A stretch of 33,398 nucleotides of DNA, taken from positions 1 through 33,398 of the forward strand of contig JAGXSK010000054.1 of NCBI GenBank assembly GCA_018333845.1. The letters are read 5' to 3'. The translations under genes were made by a program, and so were the position numbers. The DNA is from Clostridia bacterium. Its GTDB lineage: Bacteria > Bacillota > DSM-16504 > Desulfitibacterales > Desulfitibacteraceae. How positions within the stretch are numbered: position 1 is the stretch's first letter; every line of letters starts with the position of its first letter. Positions 9,730 to 16,838 of the stretch are shown here, piece after piece. A model generated the notes under the pieces. The model was not told where the DNA came from and did no database searches. It saw only the letters and a list, made by a program, of their open reading frames with translations.

Positions 9730-9996
9730 TCATCTTTTCTTTATCGGGAGACACCACTCCCTAATATCATACTTTGGTTCCCTGCCATTCCAACTAACCA
9801 GGTTTAATTCTATTGATGAATTAATAAATTTAAAATTCTCCACTTCTGAAGCAGGCATCCAATCAATAAACCCTTTGCTCCATACAAGTGTATTTTCATC
9901 TAATGTTCCAAGTCTTAATAACTCTTTTAGTTCTATTTCAGACAATGGCCCAATAGAAGCATCATCTTTTGCGTAAAACCAATGTTTATTCTCCAT
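9730..9996 (-). CDS. GYF_2 (DUF4339) domain protein, probably truncated
   Basis: WFYAKDDASIGPLSEIELKELLRLGTLDENTLVWSKGFIDWMPASEV. ATG 9996 follows a GGGGGG RBS. No downstream domain. Confidence 0.7.
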   Translation of the reverse strand: MENKHWFYAKDDASIGPLSEIELKELLRLGTLDENTLVWSKGFIDWMPASEVENFKFINSSIELNLVSWNGREPKYDIREWCLPIKKR

Positions 9997-10054
9997 AAAG
10001 TATCCCCCCCTTATCGTAAACAACTGAATGAAGGCTAATGCTTTAGTATTTTTT

Positions 10055-10216
10055 CTACTTAAATAGCCTCCTTAGTGCCCTGCCAGTTGCCTTGCCAGCT
10101 GCTCTCCTGCCTACTCTCTTGGCTACCTTTTTTGGACTGCCGCTTGAGATCGCAGAAATGTCCCCTAGTATTCTAGCAACCTTATACAAAACTCCCCTGG
10201 TTTTATTTATCGTCAC
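10055..10216 (-). CDS. Unannotated 53-aa highly basic small protein
   Basis: GTG 10216 with a GGGGGTG RBS, TAG at 10055. Sequence MTINKTRGVLYKVARILGDISAISSGSPKKVAKRVGRRAAGKATGRALRRLFK. Below the ORF-track size cutoff. Confidence 0.75.
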   Translation of the reverse strand: MTINKTRGVLYKVARILGDISAISSGSPKKVAKRVGRRAAGKATGRALRRLFK

Positions 10217-10309
10217 CAGCATCACCCCCTGAATATAATTCCAACATTGCTTCCAATTCCTGTTTCATCTGATCCCGATACTTTTTGGGATTTAAAATTT
10301 CTGCTTGGC
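10137..10309 (-). repeat. 173-bp direct repeat, copy A (3' end of a WYL gene plus 5' half of the small basic gene)
   Basis: Aligns without gaps to 11841-12013, with about 7 substitutions counted by eye. Confidence 0.92.
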
Positions 10310-10321
10310 CAAGTATCTGAT

Positions 10322-11764
10322 CTAATTATTTCTAAACCTACTGTCAATCTTGGCTTTTTCTTCTAGATAGATGTCATTACTTCTAATAGAATTATTGAAA
10401 AGCTGATTACTAGTAGATTCATTCCATATATAAGGATTGTTTAGTGTCTTTATCGAATATTCAAACAAGTTAATATCGGCTGTAATACTCTCTAATAAGT
10501 ATCTTTTTATACTTTGTATTTCGGCATATTTAGGCTCATAGGAACTAACTTCATCCTTAAGTTTTATCAATTCATTTAAATGAATTGATACAGAATAAGC
10601 ATTTGTTATATCTACATGAGAGAAAATATAATTTAAACTTTTTTCCCATTCCCAGCTTTCAGTCCAAAAACTATACCAGTCATCCTTTAATCCATAAGTC
10701 TGTCCATACTCTGCTAAATAATAATAGTATTGTGCTGGTACTGCAAAGCTAAAATCTTTATATATATGACCAGAAAAATTTATACCTATAAACTCTCCAT
10801 ATTGATTTACAACTGGACCTCCACTGCTGCCAAACGATATAGTTGCATCATGTTGAATGATATCAATAGGATATAACCATGCTTCTGATGGATACCATTG
10901 TCGCTTAGCGCTTACTATCCCTCTTGTAACTGTACCTGCTAAACCAATTGGATTTCCAAACACTAGTATTTCTTCTCCTATCTCCACATCCCAAGCTTCA
11001 ACATAATAATCAATTATTTTAAATGTTTCCCATGGTTTTGCATCAAGCTGTATAATTGCCAAATCTGAAGAGTTATTTATCTTATCAATAAAAGCTGTAT
11101 ATGTATTCCCATTATATGTTGTAATGTTTATCCATTTGCTACCCCTAACAACATGAGCGTTTGTGACAACTTTACCGCTAGTATCAACAAAAAAACCACT
11201 TCCGGACCCTCTGCTTGTTTGAATTAATACAGTAGAAGGCTGTATAAGCTTGACAAGTTCTGTTGTGCTAAGCTTTTTCTTGTTTAATGAGTTATTAACA
11301 TTGTTTTGATTATTGTTGACTGAAATGTTTACTGTTTGGGATTTATCATCCCAAGAAATTGTATATCCAAAAGCTTCCGCAATAATTCTTGCAGGAAGAT
11401 AGGTCCTCCCCTGCCTAATAAGCGGTGGCACGTCGCTCTTTATTGGTTTTCCATTAATATATATTACAGAATTATTTATAGTGAGCAGTACATTAGTATT
11501 ATTTTTAGAAAGTATAACAGTATCTGTGTTTGGATCCCATTTAATACCATTGGAAGGGACTTCTACTCCTAGTGCTAAATACCTTACAGGTACATACACT
11601 CTACCCTTTTCAAGGAAGGTTTGTGCGTCCATTCTCTCTGGCTGTCCATTTATCCAATAATAATTATTATTAACTTTGAATTGGGTATTTGCAAAACTGT
11701 AAGGTGTGGAAATAAATATGCTTGCTAATATAAATAAAGCTGTTAAAATTCCCTTTTTATACAT
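10322..11764 (-). CDS. Secreted trypsin-like (S1C/HtrA-type) serine protease with a copper-amine-oxidase N-terminal (stalk) domain
   Basis: Signal peptide. GRVYVPVRY and GRTYLPARIIAEAFG stalk repeats. GSGF motif and catalytic triad TNAH, DLA, GSSGGP. Confidence 0.88.
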   Translation of the reverse strand: MYKKGILTALFILASIFISTPYSFANTQFKVNNNYYWINGQPERMDAQTFLEKGRVYVPVRYLALGVEVPSNGIKWDPNTDTVILSKNNTNVLLTINNSVIYINGKPIKSDVPPLIRQGRTYLPARIIAEAFGYTISWDDKSQTVNISVNNNQNNVNNSLNKKKLSTTELVKLIQPSTVLIQTSRGSGSGFFVDTSGKVVTNAHVVRGSKWINITTYNGNTYTAFIDKINNSSDLAIIQLDAKPWETFKIIDYYVEAWDVEIGEEILVFGNPIGLAGTVTRGIVSAKRQWYPSEAWLYPIDIIQHDATISFGSSGGPVVNQYGEFIGINFSGHIYKDFSFAVPAQYYYYLAEYGQTYGLKDDWYSFWTESWEWEKSLNYIFSHVDITNAYSVSIHLNELIKLKDEVSSYEPKYAEIQSIKRYLLESITADINLFEYSIKTLNNPYIWNESTSNQLFNNSIRSNDIYLEEKAKIDSRFRNN

Positions 11765-11800
11765 TTTTATCCCTCCTAATAAAATTTAATTTTATTAAAA

Positions 11801-11920
11801 TCACTTATTCTCTTTCAGATCTCTTGACCATTTTCTATGGCTGCCGCTTGAGATCGCAGAAATGTCTCCTAGTATTCTAGCAACCTTATACAAAACTCCC
11901 CTGGTTTTATTTATCGTCAC
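11801..11920 (-). pseudogene. Truncated second copy of the small basic protein (39 aa), overlapping the WYL stop codon
   Basis: MTINKTRGVLYKVARILGDISAISSGS is identical to the full copy, then continues as unrelated HRKWSRDLKENK*. Confidence 0.7.
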
Positions 11921-12013
11921 CAGCATCACCCCCTGAGTATAATTCCAACATTGCTTCCAACTCCTGTTTCATCTGCTCCCGATACTTTTTTGGATTTAAG
12001 ATTTCAGCTTGGC
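11841..12013 (-). repeat. 173-bp direct repeat, copy B
   Basis: Matches 10137-10309. Confidence 0.92.
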
Positions 12014-12887
12014 TGCCATACTTCATAAGCCAGCGTAAAAACTCGTTGCCGCTTTTAACTGTGACCTCCATAAGTAGATCTCCTCCAGGAAGCTCAGTTA
12101 GTATTGGGTCAGCATAATATAATTCTTCTTTTACGTATCTAGTTATTGTCTTTGCAAATCTGACTTTGAAGGTTATGTTTTCATTTTCATCAAAGATCTG
12201 CCACGTGTTAGATAAGTAGTCATCAATGTCAAAGTCCTTTGGTAGGCTGAAGTTTTGTGCAGTAAGGCCTATCTTTTTAAATCTGCTTAGTCGATAGGTC
12301 CTTATTTCTTTGTGGTGGTGGCAGTATGCTATGAGATAATAGTTTCCTGCCCTAGCTATGAGGTAATATGGGTCAATGGCCCGCTCTATCACAGTTTTAC
12401 TTACTGCAGAGTCATAGCTGCAGCATACAGCTAAGTTATTTAAAAAAGCTTCAACTAAGACCTTGGTAAAGTCCAGCTGTTCCTTATTTAGCTGATTATC
12501 ATATATACGTATTCTTTCGTTAAGAGATTTTGTCAGGTCGGTTTGGTTATTAGCAACTTTTAGGGATGACATTACTTTTTTCATGGCTGAGTTATAGTAC
12601 TTAGCTAGGATGGACTTTTGATCCTTGTTCTGACAGGCCATTGAATGAAATAGGTGAAGTGCTAGGTATTCTTCTTGAGTTAGTTTTGCAGGATAATTAG
12701 TCTGAGGGGCATCTATAAGATAATAGCCTTTTTTACCCATGGATATTACCTGAAAGCCTAGATCGTCAAGCTTTTTAACATCTCTATAGATGGTGCGCTC
12801 AGTAGTGGAGCATAATTGAGCCAGCCTTGAGGCAGTTAAGCCATTATTGTTTTTTAGATGATTTAGAATGGTAAATATCCGTTCCAT
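11907..12887 (-). CDS. HTH-WYL-WCX transcriptional regulator (YafY/PafBC-like)
   Basis: N-terminal HTH (TASRLAQLCSTTERTIYRDVKKL). WYL domain (IDPYYL, YYLIAYC, RTYRLSR). WCX end (WLMKYGSQAEILNP). Confidence 0.9.
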   Translation of the reverse strand: MERIFTILNHLKNNNGLTASRLAQLCSTTERTIYRDVKKLDDLGFQVISMGKKGYYLIDAPQTNYPAKLTQEEYLALHLFHSMACQNKDQKSILAKYYNSAMKKVMSSLKVANNQTDLTKSLNERIRIYDNQLNKEQLDFTKVLVEAFLNNLAVCCSYDSAVSKTVIERAIDPYYLIARAGNYYLIAYCHHHKEIRTYRLSRFKKIGLTAQNFSLPKDFDIDDYLSNTWQIFDENENITFKVRFAKTITRYVKEELYYADPILTELPGGDLLMEVTVKSGNEFLRWLMKYGSQAEILNPKKYREQMKQELEAMLELYSGGDAGDDK

Positions 12888-12972
12888 GATCTACTCCTAC
12901 AGCTCCATTGATTTGTTTTCACTTGGATTCCGATATTTTTTGACGCATCTTCACGAGTGTAGACTGTAATTT

Positions 12973-13144
12973 GGAATTTTGCATTCCGCTGCGCCTACAG
13001 CCAGGCTCAGCAGTCAGCTATCCCGATTTAGTTCCCTGCTAGATTATCAGGAAGTGGTCCGGCCGCAGGTAGCCTGTTAATTTGACACCCAGACATTTCT
13101 CCACAGGCTTAGGAAAGCTGGATGAGCTTCTATTAAGCAGAAGC
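12973..13144 (-). ncRNA. Putative structured RNA of unknown family upstream of the WYL gene
   Basis: GC-enriched non-coding stretch with six stems found by eye. G-U pairs favour the minus strand. Confidence 0.4.
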
Positions 13145-13155
13145 ATTAAATCAAC

Positions 13156-13566
13156 TTAAAGCAAATCCATTACAGCATCAAAAGCTGATTGGCAGTATAT
13201 TATATTATCATAAACCTTTTTGTAAAGTGAATCAGCTGATGTGAAAAAGCCGGTTTTAATAATTGAAGATACGATCAGTGCACCATCCTTAATAGTTAAT
13301 GATACACCATCTTCCTTATATATATGTGCAACTTCTGATAAAGCATATGCCAAGTCTTCTTTAGAGTAAGTTTCTAATAGGATACTTTTGATTTCAACCG
13401 ATGTAAATACTAAAACAATATTTTTATGAAACCTTATAAAATAATGCTTGATGCTAGGATATTTTGAATATGGGTAATCAATCACAATAAAATCATCTCT
13501 TGCTATTGTGCTTGTAAAGCCACCTTCAATCAATTTTCGATGTAAGAGACTACAAAACTTATCCAT
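13156..13566 (-). CDS. Hypothetical protein (136 aa)
   Basis: ORF with an AAGGAG RBS. No recognised motif. Confidence 0.6.
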   Translation of the reverse strand: MDKFCSLLHRKLIEGGFTSTIARDDFIVIDYPYSKYPSIKHYFIRFHKNIVLVFTSVEIKSILLETYSKEDLAYALSEVAHIYKEDGVSLTIKDGALIVSSIIKTGFFTSADSLYKKVYDNIIYCQSAFDAVMDLL

Positions 13567-13636
13567 ATTTTTTCTCTCCTTTATCTATAATGTTCTTCTC
13601 TACAGCCATACATATTAAGATAATAGTTAAACATTA

Positions 13637-14038
13637 TCACTCTAACCTTCTTGTTATATCTTCATTGCATTCTCCTTTAACAGCACCAATATATTCCAAT
13701 GCAGCATTTACCCCATCCTCTGAGAAAAGCATGTCGCCTATCCCTGTCATAACAATGGAGTATAAGTCTAATTTATCAAAAAACCTTTCAGCATTTTCCT
13801 GAGGAGTCGAAGTTGTTGGGAATAAATGCAGACGTTTACCAATGTCTTCCATTATAAAGTTCAGACTTTCTCGCACTATTCCCTTACGATTATTGCTATT
13901 TGTGTCATAAGTTGCTTCAAGAAAAGTAGTGTTAGCTTTTTGAACAATTCTTAGTCTTTTTAAATCTGGATCAACCCAGTCACCATATCTTTCTAGCAAT
14001 TCTGATAATATATTTAGTGAAAAACCATCAATAGACAT
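13637..14038 (-). CDS. Hypothetical protein (133 aa)
   Basis: ORF with an AAGGAG RBS. Acidic, no recognised motif. Confidence 0.6.
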   Translation of the reverse strand: MSIDGFSLNILSELLERYGDWVDPDLKRLRIVQKANTTFLEATYDTNSNNRKGIVRESLNFIMEDIGKRLHLFPTTSTPQENAERFFDKLDLYSIVMTGIGDMLFSEDGVNAALEYIGAVKGECNEDITRRLE

Positions 14039-14053
14039 TAATCATCTCTCCTT

Positions 14054-14564
14054 TTAATTTATACCAACCACCTTCCTAGCCCTCTCGTAAATCTCTTTCA
14101 TTAATAAATCAAACAAGTTCCTCTGAAACTCTGGATTAATTGCTGCCTCAAAAACATCCCAAAGATTAGAGATGTCATCTGGCTGTCTGTCTGCTTTATA
14201 TCCAAAAAAACCAAGCCTTCATATTATTTAGTACAGGAATACCATCAAATTCTGTTGGTATTGGAGCCTTAACTCCCAGCTCCCTGCCCATACCATCCAT
14301 TAACCCCATGCGGTTTTCATTGGATATCCCCTTATTAAAGCACCCAAATACAGTAAATGGACAAATGTCATCCATAGGATTTCCATTATCGATAAAGGGA
14401 TAGCGTATTTCTAGATCATCAAATACCTTCTTGATTAGCTCAAGAAGTCCAGGACGATTATCCTTATATAGCAGGAGCTTGTTAGCAAATTCCATATAAA
14501 AATGTGTCCAGTTAAACGAATTCTTTGTTTGGATGTTTGTTTTCACTCTTTCATAACACCTCAT
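14054..14564 (-). pseudogene. McrB-like restriction ATPase/GTPase N-terminal remnant, frameshifted
   Basis: FNWTHFYMEFANKLL...DICPFTVFGCFNKGI...FDGIPVLNN. Removing one base of the A7 run at 14204-14210 continues the frame as WFFGYKADRQPDDISNLWDVFEAAIN. The AAA domain is absent. Confidence 0.6.
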
Positions 14565-14867
14565 CTATAAGTTTTGGGAGTAACTTTTTAATTGCAGAAA
14601 TACTAAAGAGATTTCCTGCAGGTTTTCTATTAGTTCAAAATCTCTAATACATTGAAATCTTGCCCCAGTTTTTGAAAAATGTGATGGATTAATAAGGCGG
14701 GCATAGAAGATTTTTCTTATGAAAAATGCTTGTCATTTATTCAAAACACCACCATAATCTTTCAATTTTTCCAGGTCATTTCCTGCCTGCTTCTATATAC
14801 AAACAATCGACAAAAAACTTGTTTATTCTACATGATGAGTTCCAACTGCTTTTTAACCTATACCTCT

Positions 14868-14901
14868 ATTATAAAAGCTACCCTGACGGAATCTGTCAGG
14901 G
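14868..14901 (-). promoter_or_regulatory. Palindromic operator (TGAC-N7-GTCA) next to a perfect -10 box
   Basis: CCCTGACGGA-A-TCTGTCAGGG at 14881-14901 (one mismatch). TATAAT on the minus strand at 14868-14873. Confidence 0.5.
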
Positions 14902-15152
14902 AATATCAGTTTGGGTTTAACTTATTTTAAAAAATCCATCAAAAACTTCTTCTGGAAATTATCCAATCATATCTACAATCAAGTCCTGGAGTTCAATATT
15001 TTCTATCCATTCTTTTTGCATAACTCTTTAATAAAGTCTTGAATTGCAAATTTTAACAACAAAAAAACCACTTCCTTTCGGTATTTAAACCAAATAGTAA
15101 AGTGGTCAATCTTTTCTAAAAAGTAATGAATGCACGTAATGCATTACATTAT

Positions 15153-15284
15153 TCACCCTCCCAATTCTGCTAGCTGTACCAGGATTTTCACATCTTTATA
15201 TATACATTAGCAATTCCACCGTATTCTATTAAAGATTGTTGGTGGAACTATTTTTTGATCACTTATTCAATAGAATAACAGCAT
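15153..15284 (-). pseudogene. Doc/Fic-like toxin 5' remnant
   Basis: ATG just after the upstream stop codon. A broken frame contains FHQQSLIEYGG, like the HxxxIxxYGG N-terminal motif of Doc toxins. Confidence 0.4.
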
Positions 15285-15286
15285 AA

Positions 15287-15499
15287 CTAACGTGCTAATC
15301 TTTTCATCATATCTGCATGTGTTTCGTGACTTTTCTTAATAGAATTTAATACATCTTCATTTTTGGCCTCAACATATAAATTGGCAGTATTAGTCCTTTT
15401 TGCGGTTCCTGTTGCATTCGCAACTTTTCTACTGGATCTCTTTTTTGTTGCTAGCTCCGTTGCAAACATAATGTTACCTCTCACTCTATATTTAACCAT
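15287..15499 (-). CDS. Small protein, probable antitoxin of the decayed doc-like gene
   Basis: Ends HADMMKRLAR, as Doc-associated antitoxins often do. Alternative start at 15469. Confidence 0.45.
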   Translation of the reverse strand: MVKYRVRGNIMFATELATKKRSSRKVANATGTAKRTNTANLYVEAKNEDVLNSIKKSHETHADMMKRLAR

Positions 15500-15542
15500 A
15501 AATTATCTCCTAAAGTGTAAAATTCTGTATTATTAATAGTAT

Positions 15543-15802
15543 TCACATTTCACGAACTCCGCTATATCCATCATCAACCACAGGCTCAGGTATTGGATCA
15601 TTATACTGTATTTTTGCCTCTAGCCAACCTTCCATTGCTTCTAGTAGATTTTCGTAAGCTTCATTAAACGTTTCACCTGTACTATGGCAACCATCTAGCT
15701 CTAATACCCTTGCGTAATAATAACTTCCACTTTCATCGGTAATTGGCTGTATTACATAATTATACGGCAAACTCATATAGTACATAATATTTTTTTGTCC
15801 AT
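15543..15802 (-). pseudogene. hicB-like antitoxin, frameshifted near the start and C-terminally truncated
   Basis: YYARVLELDGCHSTGETFNEAYENLLEAMEGWLE...IPEP...YSG. The RBS-linked ATG at 15802 is out of frame by one base. The DNA-binding C-terminus is lost and no hicA is adjacent. Confidence 0.75.
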
Positions 15803-15908
15803 GGTCAGTTCACCTCTCTGTAAACCACACTATCACATATAATATAAAAAAGTGAAATTTGAAATAAATTCATGATGAGAATATTATCTAAAATATGCAA
15901 CCTTATCT

Positions 15909-16331
15909 CTAATCCAATTGGTACATTTCCTTTAAGAAATCATTCAACTTAACTATTTTAATCCATCTGTAGGGGTTTAGAACTAAGAGGTCCTCATCTC
16001 CAGTAATAATATATTGAGCATTTCCATAGACCGCTTCTTCAAGAATCATGTTATCTTTTTCGTCACGACAGTCATTAATTGTGTCATACACGACAGGTAT
16101 TGCTACTTTAAGAGATAACAGGCTAACCAGCTCTTCGACTTCCCCAGGTAAAATATACTTGCTGAATTTTGGTCTCAGTAAAACTTCTTTTACTTCAGAG
16201 AGCTGTTCATCACTCATAATTAGAATATACTCATCATTAAGTATCTCTTTTATAAGAAATTTGGCCTTTTTGCTCCCAAGATAGGCACTAATAAAAATAT
16301 TAGTATCTATTACTATTTTAATCTTGCTCAT
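15909..16331 (-). CDS. PIN-family putative toxin
   Basis: Motifs IVIDTNIFISA, CRDEKDNMILE and IITGDEDLL. Confidence 0.88.
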   Translation of the reverse strand: MSKIKIVIDTNIFISAYLGSKKAKFLIKEILNDEYILIMSDEQLSEVKEVLLRPKFSKYILPGEVEELVSLLSLKVAIPVVYDTINDCRDEKDNMILEEAVYGNAQYIITGDEDLLVLNPYRWIKIVKLNDFLKEMYQLD

Positions 16332-16533
16332 ATCTTTTCCTTCTCACTGCTTCAACTTCTTTAGTAATATCTTCAAAAGGAATTGGTTCTTCTTCGCAGC
16401 GTTCGTTAGTCTTATCCAAGATGTTATTTAACTTAGTGTTAATATCAGTTTGCATTCTTTTATAGATTGTCTTTTTTTCATCAAGTGACAATTGATCGAT
16501 TAACTCCCAGACTTCATTCAAATTTTGCTTCAT
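16318..16533 (-). CDS. Putative antitoxin overlapping the PIN gene start
   Basis: Small acidic ORF ending EDITKEVEAVRRKRYEQD, with a 14-bp overlap with the toxin. Start placed at ATG 16533 by RBS spacing. Confidence 0.7.
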   Translation of the reverse strand: MKQNLNEVWELIDQLSLDEKKTIYKRMQTDINTKLNNILDKTNERCEEEPIPFEDITKEVEAVRRKRYEQD

Positions 16534-16541
16534 AATTATTT

Positions 16542-16582
16542 CCATTCCTTTCGCTTCGCTCAAGGCACAAAACGTAATGAAA
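16542..16582 (-). repeat. 41-bp dispersed leader repeat, copy 2 (contains the antitoxin RBS)
   Basis: Reverse complement is 39/41 identical to 7863-7903. Confidence 0.9.
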
Positions 16583-16623
16583 TGTATTGGCTTCGAGCGA
16601 ATATTTTATTATTCTAAACTCCT

Positions 16624-16811
16624 AGGGATAACAGTTAACTACAAATCACGAGGGGGTGAGTGGGCCGCTTCAATGTTGGAGTGACCGCATAATTATATGT
16701 GTAGATTGCCTTTCCAAGCACAAATAAGTGTGACATAAGAGCACGCAGACTTATCTTTGTATAAACATTACTCGTTTATTGCTGGGCAATCAGTCAATGC
16801 TGTCTATCCCT
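16624..16811 (+). ncRNA. Bridge-RNA-like ncRNA in the IS110 left end
   Basis: Closing stem AGGGATA-ACAG / CTGT-c-TATCCCT. Two internal domains: CTACA/TGTAG enclosing the CGCTTCAA/TTGGAGTG hairpin, and GATTGCCT/GGGCAATC. Location matches known IS110 bridge RNAs. Confidence 0.65.
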
Positions 16812-16838
16812 GTAATTTTTTGAGAGGAGTTTTTCCCT

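Noticed and set aside
12901-12960. Minus-strand fragment EDASKNIGIQVKTNQ resembling a PD-(D/E)xK QxK motif
   Set aside because: Too short to annotate. It may be a nuclease gene scrap, so it was left out of the ncRNA call.
13111-13150. Hammerhead-like CTGGATGAG next to a stem
   Set aside because: Does not match CUGANGA and lacks the GAAA after stem II.
14726-14930. Two overlapping plus-strand ORFs
   Set aside because: No RBS or motif, and they run opposite to the local gene orientation and promoter signals.
16623-16634. TAGGGATAACAG, identical to the first 12 bp of the I-SceI site
   Set aside because: The remaining bases differ, and the sequence is explained as one arm of the IS110 ncRNA closing stem.
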